From contig NC_087436.1 of the NCBI RefSeq assembly GCF_036321535.1, positions 61,878,001-61,942,000 on the forward strand: a stretch of 64,000 nt of DNA. The letters run 5' to 3'. The translations under genes were made by a program, and so were the position numbers. The DNA comes from Camelus dromedarius (Eukaryota). Of the stretch, positions 1-11,651 are shown piece by piece; positions within the stretch are counted from its first letter, which is position 1; every line of letters begins with the position of its first letter. The notes below the pieces were generated by a model, which was not told where the DNA came from, did not search any database, and was given only the letters and a program-made list of their open reading frames with translations.

Positions 1-1409
1 GTACATAATTCATTCTCCCCTAGAGGCTGATTCTCTAAGTCTGCAATTTTTATTGTCATTTTCTCTAAAACCCTTTTCCTGCAGGTGCTGCTGTGAATGA
101 TTGGGGCTGAGATCTGTGTCCAGTAGTCTAGCATTTATTTAGCCTTGGAACTTTTTCTCTCTGGGGGTGGTTTTTCCTGTGTTACATCTAAGGTCTCCAC
201 TCTGCTCTCCTCCTTTTTTCAGTCTCTTAAATCCTTCTTTGTCTGCTTTCCATGCACACAAGCTTGTAGTCATGATGCATGTTCTGCATTAGCTCTGTCA
301 GGATTTGGAGTTTATTTATCTGTGTTTACATGGCTTGATGTTTATAGAATTTTTCATCTTCTAATGATGCTGAAGACAATGGTCATGTGTGGTTTTCTTT
401 GAGGTTTCTGCTGATCATATTATTTTGAGGCGATTGTGTGAAAAGGTTCAGCCTCAAGAGATTGTCATTCTTCTTCAAACAGAGAATGCTTAAAACACAA
501 GCTTTCAACATGCTTAATACAGTGCTTCATGATCTGACCTCATCTCAACTTCATCTTGAGTTCTTTTGCCAGTTTGTTCTTTCTGCTCTGGCTGTGTTTA
601 AGGTGCTTGCTTTTGGACTGTCTCATATAGGTACCCATACAAATAATTTTACTTAAATATTTATTTTGATATTACTTCTATGAATTAACATTAATGTTAA
701 GTAGAATTAATTAATTCTCTCTTGCACAATGATTATTACTTCTCTCTCCAACAGAATATATGCACAATTTCCCCTCCCTAAATATCTATTCATGACTTTC
801 CACCACTTACTAATATAATTTAAATATATTAAAATGTGCTAATGATTGATTTTCTAATTTGTAAGACACAAATATCAAGCTAGTAACTTTGAGAGCATAG
901 AACTAAATACAGTTTTTAATTTGAGAGAACACATTTCCTTTTTCTCCCCCTGAATTTTACATTCTACTGACTGGAAAAATGGCAGAGTTGAAAAAGTCAA
1001 TGCTTATTTTATGCTGGTAATGTATCTGTGGCTTAGTAGAACTAACATATATACAGCACAGTATTAAGGACAATTTTTCAGTCTCTTTTAAAAATGTTAA
1101 AAACATAGAAATTGTGTTGACTGTGATAGCACCATAATTCATTGGACCGAATACAGTAGCTACACTGTCATTATTTATATCAATAGACTCATTAAAGAGC
1201 TAAAAATTCTTCTCCTTGACTTATTGTGCTCCTCTGAATAGTCAGTGTAAACTTTGGCCATTCCTTTGATCCAGAAATCTGCCTTTGTTTCTCTGGAGAA
1301 GCATTAGAGGAATTATCTTACACTGTAGTTGTTTAAAAAGAAGGCTACATATTCCTTTCGATATAACCACTCTGGATTATTTACCATGGATTATTATATA
1401 ACATGATTG

Positions 1410-1640
1410 GCAAGCTGAGTTTTAAAATTAAAAAGATCCAGGTTCAAATTCAACTCCACTTCATGCTTCATAATTAAAAAGTTATTTAATTTGTCTGATT
1501 TTCATCTTGTGCCCCTGTATGATAAGAAAAATAATATCTATCTCATGAGGGCACTATGAAAATTGATACAGTAACATATATCAAGCTACCCTTGCAGTAA
1601 TTGGCACCTCATTGCCTCAACAAAAAAGTTATTAATATTC
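1410..1640 (+). mobile_element. MIR SINE, decayed
   Basis: Core similarity 'atccaggttcaaattcaactccac...gttatttaatttgtctgattttcatc...ataatatctatctcatgaggg' to the recalled MIR consensus. Confidence 0.7.
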
Positions 1641-2073
1641 TTCAGATTTCTTTGAAATCAGGGTGCACATTAAGGTGGTTTATTAGAGGCAATAATTTCA
1701 TTTGAAGTTGGTTAATTATACCATAATGCTTCTTGGGAACTGCTCTGTATCAGTAGCAGAATTTAAAAGGAATCTTAGTAAGTAGCCTCTAATTGTGGCA
1801 ATCTTTAAATAGTTCAATCAAGTATACAATAGAAGGAACTTTTACTAGTTGGGTAAATTCAGATATTAATCTGCAGTTATGTCGTCTCAGGCCACCTTTT
1901 GAGACACAGTGGCCCAGAGGAAGCAACCACTCAGACCTGAGAGATATAAATCAGAGAGACCTCTCATTGAGCATTTTAGTGGCATGTGTCTGCTGCTGTT
2001 CTAAGTATTTTAAAATACATGAGTTCATTTGATTTTCACATTAACCCTCTGAAGTAACAGAGGAGACAAGATC

Positions 2074-3058
2074 TGTGGCTTACTCTGCTCAACTTTACCT
2101 GGCTATGCATTCATACCCCAGTTGCTGTGAGTGCTGGGTGCTGACTTCTCAGAGATGTTCCCATCTCTGGAGAATTACCCTCCTCTCTCAACAGAGGTGT
2201 CTTATTGGAGAGATCAGCCCCAGTCCTCATGGAAAGGTACAAAAGGCTGCTTTCTGCCTAACAGTGGAAGCAACGCCATGCTTCCCCCATAGGTTTAAGC
2301 TGAAGTAGGCACCAGCTCTGGTATCTACTCTCCAAGATGGCTCCCCAGTAAATCCATATCTCTTGGTACTTATCTGTTTATATGGTTCTCTCCTGTAAGG
2401 AATTTGAGATAACTGAATAGAGTGTATAACCTATAGAATAGAAAATTACCAACAGAATATGGCAAAATGACCCTGTGGCTCTCTGAGGTTAGATTATAAA
2501 AATCTACAAAGCTTTTACATTTGTCTCTTGTAATATTTATTCTGTGGAAGGTAAGCTACCATGTTCAAAAAGAAAAAAGGTCATATTATCCTGCGAGGGC
2601 CATGTGAGGAGCATAAGCCATGCAGAGAGAATCTGGATGGAAACAGTATTCCAGCCATTCCAGCTCAAGTTTCAGACCTGTGAGTGAACATGCTATCTTG
2701 GGCATTTCAACCCTAGGGGATGCAACATGGGGAAGAAATGAGGACCCTAAGCTTATGTCTCCAATTGTGTTGTCCCGGTCACCTTCAGTCATTTGAGCCA
2801 CTTCACCTCACTCTACTTTGTCCACGTTTCTGATCCATCAGAATCATGAGATAATAAAATGATCATTGTTTTCCACCACTAGTTTGGGGGAGGTATGCAG
2901 CAGTAGATAGCAAGAACACCGGCTGAGCCCACACACTTGCTTAGCTGCTTCCCCAGCTCTCTGCTGCTCCCCTTCCTTTCTTCAGGGCAGTCCTTCAAGA
3001 AGTCTCTTGCATGAGAATCATCATCTCAGTGCTTCTTCTAGACGACTGTACCTAAAAC
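2074..3058 (+). mobile_element. ERVL solo LTR, LTR16-like, interrupted by MLT1
   Basis: 'ccccagttgctgtgagtgctgggtgctgacttctcag...ctggagaattaccctcc' and 3' end 'atcatcatctcagtgcttcttctagacgactgtacctaaaac' resemble LTR16 family hallmarks. Confidence 0.6.
2317..2918 (+). mobile_element. MaLR solo LTR, MLT1 (F/G/H-like)
   Basis: Start 'tctggtatctactctccaagatggctcccc', end 'ccactagtttgggggaggtatgcagcagtagatagcaagaaca'. 5-bp TSD ccagc (2312-2316) / ccggc (2919-2923). Confidence 0.8.
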
Positions 3059-5109
3059 TGGTAAGTTCTATTAGTATTCACACTGGGTGCTCAAATGGAA
3101 GCACAGATGAATAAAATAACTTAATGAAAGCCACACAGCTAATACTTAGGAGGGCCAGTATTTGAGCCAGGCCTCAGAGCCATTGTTCTTAACCAGGATG
3201 CTGTATAGCTCCGGGCCAGAGTTACTGCTGCCTACTGTGGGCAGAATCTCAGGTTGGGCTACTGTAGTAAACCTTCAAATCAAATAAGCCTTAGAATATA
3301 AAGAGCAATCATTTACTTACTTTTTGATTTTTTTTTTTTTCATTCTGAGGGTCTGTGTCTTCTACTGAGAGAAAGAATCCAGTCTTGTTTAGCATGGAAG
3401 CCTTCTGTGAGATGGCAGCATGACAACACATGGAGCTGCCTGGCTGTCGGCCAGATACAGTGGTGTTCTGTTTGCACCATGCCAATCCTTTTATCACTTG
3501 TTAAAAATTCAGTGTTATCTCCTCTCCCAAACATTGCTACCATCTGCCTACACATGACTTTGACAATGATTATGTGGTAATTGCAGCTGTGTGCCTGATA
3601 CCAATTATTATAATGTTGAATGGCCAAAGCAAATACATTTTCAAGCATCTATTTTTAAACTCTACTCTTCTAGTTTTCCCCACCGCCCTGGCTCTCCAAA
3701 GCACCTTGCTTAGTCTTTTTGAAGGATTGTGATGGTCTTGGAAACTACAGATGCTTTCTGCTTCATAAAGGAAGAAAAGTATCATAAAAATCATTCTATA
3801 CATCCATCAACCAAATTAAAATAGCTTTAGGGGCTAATTTTTTAAGATCACAGTAGAGTTAAAATGTGGACGGGTAAAAGTGTTCATTTAATTTTGTTAA
3901 ATGGAGCCAAGATAGCTTGATAGTTTTACAGTAGCATTTTCCCAAATGTGTACTTATAAATAAGTCACTGCTTGCATTATGGATCGTAAGATTATTTTCA
4001 AAGTTTTTAGGAAATATTACATAGCTTAATATAATATATTCTTCATTAGTGTTGTCTGAAGTGTTTGGCAGTTCTCTTCAATAAGAAATTCCTGAAATAC
4101 CAAATTTTTTTCCAATATCCAACGTCAATAAGCATATGTTCATCTCCATCTCCTCGCCATCTTAGCTGTAAAAGTTCAGTTAATATTTGTTACCTGCTTA
4201 GAATAATAATTAAAAGAACACTTTCATATATGTGCCTTTGAGATAAAGATCTTCCCTGTGAAATGTCTGGTATAAGGCTGAGCACCACCAGAGGCTGGAG
4301 AGTCTTGTAAGAATGAAGAAAAGAACACATGACTCACTCTGGAAGGAAAGCAAGTGATAATACCAGAATAAAAATCTCTTGGTATCTATCCTGGGGAATT
4401 TTGGCAGTTTACTATGGGCTTGCATTTAGTGAGAATCCTAAAGTGTCAAAGTATCAACGAGTATAAAAGTCAAAACACAAAGGAAGTAACTGATCAATAG
4501 AAAAAGTCCTAACCAGTTGCTCTATAACTTTCTTCAACAAACAAAAACCAAACCAACCAACCAAGAATTTATTTGTATTTCTCCCTGCAGATCCTCCCTG
4601 GATTTAACTAGAGCTTTATCTTGGGCAAATTTCACTCAGTTTCAGTGACCATGCTGCTTCTGCACCTGGCTAACTACCTCTCACTCTCCACATCTCCTCT
4701 TAGGCATTACTGCCTCTGAGTGCCTCCAATCTTTGATAAGTAGTTCTCTGGTTTTCCCATAATGCCATGTTCTTCTATCCTAATTCCTGTTCTTCTGTAT
4801 GGTAATTACCCATTTGTTGGTCTTACTCACAATTTATCCCTGATGCCTAAAATTACACATAAGGAACATAGCTGATATGTGATAAACATTCATTTATTCT
4901 AATATTTATTCAACAACTCCTACATTCCAGGAACTGTGCTAAGTACTAAAAATACAACAAAGAAGAAGTCAGACATCGTTCCTGACATCATGGGGCCACC
5001 ATTTGAATGTAGGACATATACAGTAAGACACCACTTATTTTGGGGCAATTCAGTATACTTACTATGAAGAATAGTGTGTGGTAATTTTGGGATCCCCCCA
5101 AAATTACAT

Positions 5110-5950
5110 TCATTCTGTCACGTCTTTACCAGCCATTTGCCCCCTTTTGTCTTCTCCTAACTCAGCTTAGATTTCATGGTCCATTATTGTAATCACTCCT
5201 TTGTTTACATTCTCAACTCTTCTTCCTCTGTAACACTTGCTTGGCAAAGCCTCAGTCATGAGGTAAACACAACTTGCTACCTATTTCCTCTAGCTTCAGA
5301 AAAAAAGAAAATCCTGCTGCCTGAGTTTGTTCTATTTATGAGTACAAACTTCTAACTGTTCCAGAATCCTGCTCCATTTACCTTATCAGTTCACCTTGTC
5401 ACCCTTTCATATTTCCCCACTCTCTCACATTATCTGATTTTCCCTTTCTATTAGTTCCGTTACATTAGCATACAAACATGCTATAAGATCTGCCATCTTG
5501 TCTACACTGGAATTTGACACAACATTGTAAAATGATTATAAATCAATAAAAAATGTTAAAAAAAATCTGCCATCTTGAAAAATCCACATATCATTGCCTA
5601 CAAGAACCTCCATAGCTACCTCTTACTCGTCTCTCCATCCTGATCTCAAGCCACTCCCTCCTTCATTCATTGTACTGCAGTCACAAAGGTCTTCCAACAA
5701 TTGTTGGAATTCAGCAGACTCTTTGTGTACGTTCTTTACACTTTGTATTTTCTCTTCCTTGAATGCTTTTTATCTGGATTTACGCTGGAACTTCCTTTGC
5801 ATCCTATAAGTCTTAGTCATTATCTCAGAGAGATCTTCTCTGACAGTTCTAGTCACCCTTCCAGTTATCTTGTTTTAAACACAACACCACATCCTGTTTT
5901 TTCTTTTGGAGCATAAATAACTATCTGTACTTATTTTATTTATGTATCTA
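5110..5950 (+). mobile_element. L2 LINE fragment (host of a young L1 tail insertion)
   Basis: Pyrimidine-rich L2-like text such as 'cagcttagatttcatggtccattattgtaatcactcc' and 'ttccttgaatgctttt'. Confidence 0.55.
5501..5564 (+). mobile_element. Extremely 5'-truncated young L1 (terminal ~64 nt of 3'UTR plus A-tail)
   Basis: 'tctacactggaatttgacacaacattgtaaaatgattataaatcaataaaaaatgttaaaaaaa' flanked by perfect 13-bp TSD atctgccatcttg (5488-5500, 5565-5577). Homologous to the L1 tail at ~39895-39945. Confidence 0.9.
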
Positions 5951-5984
5951 TCACAACTTTTGAATGTCATCTGTGTTTTATTCT

Positions 5985-6900
5985 TAGTGAAATCAAAAAC
6001 TACTGCAAAGTTTTAAGCAAGGGAGTGGCATGATATTATTTTTTAATAAGGACTTGCTGTTCAGTGGGTAATGGATGGAAGCAGAGCAACGTACTAACAA
6101 AAGCAACAGGGAGAGCAGTTACGTGGCTGTTACACTAGTCCAGGAAAGGGAACATGATGACAAGTCTCTGGTTTTGACAATGAGATGGAGAAAATGAGAC
6201 AGATTAGCAATTTATTTTGAATGTAGAATTGGTAGATATTTTTAATAGATTGAATCTGGGATGAGGTAAGGGAAAGAGCAAAATTAAGTGTGACTCAGAT
6301 ATACATAGGAACAGGAAACCCTGTCAATTTCTAATTTAAAGAAGACTGAGTAGGGTAGGATTTGCAGAGGAAAATCAAGAGTCATTTTTGTTAGATTAAA
6401 TCTGAGATGCCTGAGAGATATACCAGTGGAGATGTCTGAGCTCTGATAAAGTTTACATAATTGAAGTTCTGAGGTGGTTTTATTATATTCCCCACTTTGC
6501 AAATGAATTTACTGAGATACAGAGAAGTTTTTAATTTCCCCACACCCCTTTAGCACAAATGGAAAAGTGAGAGTTACATTAAGTCTGTCTCACTCTTAAA
6601 CAGTGTACGGAACTTGTAAAGGTTAGAAGATCTGGGAAGAAGTCTGTTCAAGAAATATAGATTTTGGAGTTGTCAGCACATGGTATTGTATATCCAGAGA
6701 TGCGACTATCTAGGAAGTGAAGAGGGCTGAGACCTGAGAGAGAGCAACTTGTAGAGGCCTGCTGTAGGTAGATGATCTGACCAATTAGGCAAGAGGAAAA
6801 CCAGGAGAAAGTTTCAGAGCAGCAGAGAGCACAGTGTTACTGGGAGGAAAGTGGTGAACTGTGCTGAACTGTTGAGAATTCAAGTGAAATGAATACCAGA
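5985..6900 (-). mobile_element. L2 LINE fragments with an embedded MIR-like piece (~6450-6600)
   Basis: Purine-rich reverse L2 text: 'gttttaagcaagggagtggcatgat', 'gagatgcctgagagatataccagtggagatgtc', 'gatttttggagttgtcagcacatgg'-like. Confidence 0.6.
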
Positions 6901-7422
6901 ATGATTCACATATGTTTAATAGACAATTAAGTGGATGATTAAATATCTTTAAAAATATATTTCCTCCAGAGACTCATGAACATCTTTTATTCCCTTCGAT
7001 TTTTAAAACTACAGTCAGGCTGGGATCTAAAAAAAGTATAAAGTACAGAAAAAATGGAGAAAATAAGAATTTCTAAGTCATGTGACTTTGAACAAATCAT
7101 TTGACTTTCCTTAATGTCCCAAGTTCTCACCATAAAATAGGACAAGTTGTCTATTCTGTTTCCTTCATAAGCTTCTTGGAAACCAGATGTAGTGATGGGG
7201 TTTTAAAATGTCTTTTTAAAAAACTTTTGAAACATTAAGGAATATTGATTCTTTATACATATGTGCACATTTACATTTTCCCTTATTCTGTCTTCCCATT
7301 GAATAGCAAACCTCAAAGACTATATAACTTCTACCGTTAACTTAGCTCAGTTGAGCCTGGTACTGTAAAGTGTATTTCACAGGGTATAAAAGATGTCAAA
7401 TCACATGCTGTTTTCCAGATGC

Positions 7423-8290
7423 TATGATATTGTGATTTGTAATAAGAAATATATATTTGGTCTTCCAGCCATTCCTGTCACAGATCTCCTAAAACCGCCA
7501 AACCCTTGGAATTTCCTAAGTGATGAGAGCATTTTTTTTATGTTAATGAAGTGATTTTTGGAAAGCCTTTAGATAACCTAAGGATGGGGGCTGGTTGCCA
7601 GGGGAACCAACCTAGTGATTAGAGGGTTGGAATATTTAATCCTTCCCACCCCTTAACCCTTCATCTCTTCCACTTTCATACCAGCCTTCTAGAGAGAGGA
7701 GGAGCTGGAGGTTGGATCAATTGCCAATGGCCAATGAGTTGATCAGTCATACCTGTGTAATCAAACCTCCATAAAAACCCAAAGGGTGAAATATGGAGAG
7801 CTTCTGGGTTGCTGAACACATGAAGATTTGGGGAAAGTGCACTCAGAGAGGGCATGGAATCTCTGCACCCTTTCCTCATTCTTTTCCCTAAGTGTTTCTT
7901 CCATCTGGATGTTCTCTGTATCTTTAATCATTCTTTTATAATAAATATTATACAGTAATACAGTAGGTAAAATGTTTCTCTGAGTTCTGTGAGCTGCTTT
8001 AGTAAAATAATCAAACCCGCCGATGGGGCTGTGGGAACCTCTGCTTAATAGCCATTGGTCAGAAGGACAGGTAACAACCTGGGCTTGTGACTGGAATCTG
8101 AGGTGGTGGGAGGAGGGGCAGCCTTGTAAGACTGAACCCTTAACTTACGGGATCTAATGCTGTCTCCTGATAGATAGTGACAGAATTGAGTTGAATTCTC
8201 AGGACACACTGCTGGTATCCAAGGATTGTTTGTTGATGTGGGGACCCCCCCCTCCACCCTCACATTGGAATTTGATGATCAGAAACCCAA
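7423..8290 (+). mobile_element. Endogenous retroviral solo LTR, MER21-like
   Basis: Start 'tatgatattgtgatttgtaataagaaatatatatttggtct...ctcctaaaacc...cccttggaatttcctaagtgat'. Internal 'ggatgggggctggttgccaggggaaccaacc' and 'gagagcttctgggttgctgaacacatg' match recalled MER21 consensus. Confidence 0.8.
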
Positions 8291-9266
8291 AAGAGGTGCC
8301 TTTGTAAATTTTGTTGTTGTTGTTGTTATTGTTATCATCATTATTATTATTAATAGCATTAGTATTTGTAGGTGGTCATTTCAGTCAACTACCACATCAT
8401 TTTTTCTAGAGATGTATATAACACTTTTTTATATTTTTAGGTACATATTTACTCTTGTTGTAACTCATGTAGAGTTACAATACAGTAGGTTGTGAGTGAT
8501 AAACCTAAAATTGGAGACTTTCTTGGTCCTACTCCACAGTTGTAATTTTTTTTAAATGAAAAACAAGAAGAAATACTCAAGAATGATTTCAAGTTTCCTT
8601 GTAGAAATCTCTGTGTATAAGTGGCCTTCTAGCACCTATATACTTTGCAGCCATATTACAAGGAGCCAATAGATAATGTCATGAGAGATAAAAAGGTAGA
8701 ATAACAATATAAGCAATAATAAACCTGAAGATTTTAAAATTTAGTTGGACAGACTAAGCACAAAGGCAGTCTAAAAATATCAACAATAGCATATCTGAAG
8801 ACACAGTGTCTGTATGGAAGATAGTAACAGCCCATCATAGAAAACATAGGATGAAAACTGAGCAATGGATAATTGAGAGCAAAAAAAAAAAAAAAACCCA
8901 AAACATAAAATCAATATCCCTATTATATGTTAGCTAATTAGTTAGAAATTTAAGCCTTATAGTCAGTAGATTTTATTATAGGACCAGAACAACTTTTTCA
9001 CTATAACCATTGCCATTTGGTGTTCAAAGATTTTACAAAAGCAAATGCTGGTCTGGAATTTTTTTAAGACAACTTGGTCTTTTCTGGTCAAGTTCCAAAA
9101 TGGTAATTCTGAACAAGGCTTATAATGGAGATTACTATAAAGCTCTGATCTTACTGTAATATGACAGCAGCCACTACCATTTACAGTTCCCTTTCCAATT
9201 TCAAGGGACTCATGTTCTGTGATGGAGAATGGAGAAAACAGAATCAGCAGAAATTGAAGAAATCAG

Positions 9267-9386
9267 TTTCTTCCTTCCTTCCTTCCTTCCTTCCTTCCTT
9301 CCTTCCTTCCTTCCTTCCTTCTTTCCTTCCTTCCTTCCTCCCTCCCTTCCTTCCTTCCTCCCTCCCTCCCTTCATTCCTTTCTTTC

Positions 9387-9468
<82 letters not shown>

Positions 9469-9623
9469 TTCCTTCCTTCCTTCCTTCCTTCCTTCCTTCC
9501 TTCCTTCCTTTCTTCCTTCCTTTCTTTTCTTTTCTTTTCTTTTCTTTTCTTTTCTTTTCTTTTCTTTTCTTTTCTCTTCTTTTCTTTTCTCTTCTTTTCT
9601 TTTCTCTTCTTTTCTTTTCTTTC
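9267..9623. repeat. Compound microsatellite (CCTT)n-(CCCT)-(TTTC)n-(CCTT)n-(TTTTC)n; polypyrimidine tract
   Basis: Directly visible: about 357 bp of pyrimidines with a single A near 9374. Explains ORFs 9161-9631, 9229-9651 and 9263-9625. Confidence 0.98.
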
Positions 9624-10158
9624 ACTATTAACTTGGAGTTATCTGTACTAAGAGTTCCTCTAATATACCTTGGGATACCTTGGGACTTGGGATACTTCAG
9701 TCATAAGCCCTAAGGAATTCAGGATTTTTGTAGGTCCCTATTGGGAATTTCCTTTCGTTTTTCTATCTCATCTTCAGCTCAGGAATCCTTGCAGTAATCA
9801 AAATTACAGAGATATCTAATAACAGATAAAGACAACATCTTCTGAGACAAAATGGGCTTTAGTCTACACTATTCCCTACACTAATAGGGAATACTATTTA
9901 ATTGAGAAGGAGTGCAGGCTTGTAGAATCACAATGGAAAAAATGATTCAAATAGTAAAACAGGGATTCTGGAGCCCCTCAAGTTAAACAGACTTCATAAC
10001 AGGCGCCACACAACCTCAATTGAGCATGACTCAACCTTTAGCCAATGTATAATTTAATTTTGAAATGTAAGAAACGTTTAAGGTATTTTGCTAAAAATTA
10101 TACCCTGTCTCTTTTGCACCCTGATAACCGCCAGAGAGGGGTAGTTTCTGAAGGACAG

Positions 10159-10585
10159 CATCAAAGAAAAATTGCACCAGATGGAGTTAAACAAGCAAGG
10201 AAGACTTTGTTTAAGACTATTGCAGTGCAAGTGAGAGACTGAACTCAACTCCACTGAAACAAAAGGCAGAAGAGTTTTTAAGCGCTGGAGTGAGTGGAAA
10301 TGTACTAGAGGACATTAGTGGGGAGGTATGGCCAGTGTGATTAGATCATCTGTGTTGGCTAATTGGCACTTGTTAAAGTTAAGCTTCCCATAGAGACTGG
10401 GAGATGGAGTCCCAACTTTAATGAGAACTACATTTCTGGGAGAATATTTATTCAAAGGGGCAGACAAATAATTTACAATTACAGATTTTCTAAAGTAAGA
10501 AAAGAAAGATTAGGAGCCTGTAGTCATGAAGAAGCCTGTCTGAAGACTGACTAAGCTGCAGAGAATGTTCAGGCTGTCTCGGTCA
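10159..10585 (-). mobile_element. ERV1 solo LTR, MER31-like
   Basis: 'tcaaagaaaaattgcaccagatggagttaaacaagcaaggaagactttg...gactgaactcaactccactgaaacaaaaggc' resembles reverse MER31. Candidate 4-bp TSD acag (10155-10158 / 10586-10589). Confidence 0.7.
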
Positions 10586-11651
10586 ACAGTCTCGGTCAAC
10601 AGTCACAGGGCTCATGTCCTATACAGATACTGTTGAAATAGTCTTTTATGATGCATATACTTATAGCCTATGAGTTATTCAAAGCAACATGCAGAGATTT
10701 CTGGGAGACCTCGATTAAGATTTATGAGCTTCTCAAAGCTCTGTGCCACGACTACCTCTCACCTGCTAAGACCTCACACATTGTTTTGAAAGAACTCAGT
10801 TTTACAGCATGAGATCAACTGATGCTGTGCTGAGGCACAAATGTTATTTGCCTCTTCTTCAGCCAGCAGGAAATCCCTGGAGAGGGTGTTCTAAGTAAGA
10901 AGGCTAGAGGTGATGTTGAAGGGAAAAGCAATTGCTTCTGACTGCTAATGTTTAATCTGTCCCCTACAGAAATGAAAGCAGCCTTTTATCTTTGAGTAGA
11001 ATAAGGTGATTTAGAAGGGGAACAAGATGATATGCAGAAGTTGATGCTGATGCCTGAGTAGTAAATTCAATTCAGTGCATGACTTATGCGAATTTCAAGA
11101 CTGAGATAAACTTCACTAATGTAATGGCTTCTGGGGAATAAGTTCAGAATTTCTTTCAAGTCTCTTAAACTGTTGTTGCCTTGACATTCTGGGTTACATT
11201 GTAGTGGCAATGTTTGATCTGCCACATTTAATGACTTGTCATTATTTCTATCATCTTCATAGAAATTTGCTCCAGGCTGAAACCTGGCTCACAAGTTGAA
11301 GAAAAGTCATAAAGTACTTTTCCAAAATTTGAGAACTTCATAACTCAATGTAAGACAAAACAATAATACATACAGTACAAACACTTTAATAAATGACTGC
11401 TTTATGATCAATTTGTTTAAAACTGTTTTTCAAATATTAACTTAGTATCTGTAAGGTCCAGAGACTCCCCTGAATTCTAGTTAATTTGTATTGAATAATA
11501 CAAACATAACTATTCTGATATGTTCAAAATACTTCTATTTCTATATCCTACTGTGTAGTACTTATTATTTTAATGTTACTTTTTATAGTATATTAATACA
11601 AAATCTTTGAAAAAGTGTTGTCTTATAACTTTAAATAGCAAAACAGTCTAA

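Larger units (their letters stand above)
1965..3207 (-). mobile_element. MIR SINE split in two (~1965-2058 and ~3060-3207) by an LTR16-type insertion
   Basis: Left part 'cattgagcatt...gttctaagtattttaaaatacatgagttcatttgattttcacattaaccctctgaagta' and right part 'gaagcacagatgaataaaataactt...gccacacagctaatac...atttgagccaggc' continue each other along the reverse MIR consensus. Confidence 0.6.

Noticed and set aside
1..480. Possible L1ME/HAL1 5' remnant and 85-aa ORF
   Set aside because: Similarity too faint to call. The ORF has a non-ATG start and low-complexity composition.
9161..9651. Three long ORFs (156, 140 and 120 aa)
   Set aside because: They are translations of the stop-free microsatellite (PSFL/SFFL/KEGR repeats).
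9665..9697. Short repeated unit (ataccttggg) resembling a CRISPR-like or iterated site
   Set aside because: About three degenerate 10-bp slippage copies with no spacers, in mammalian DNA.
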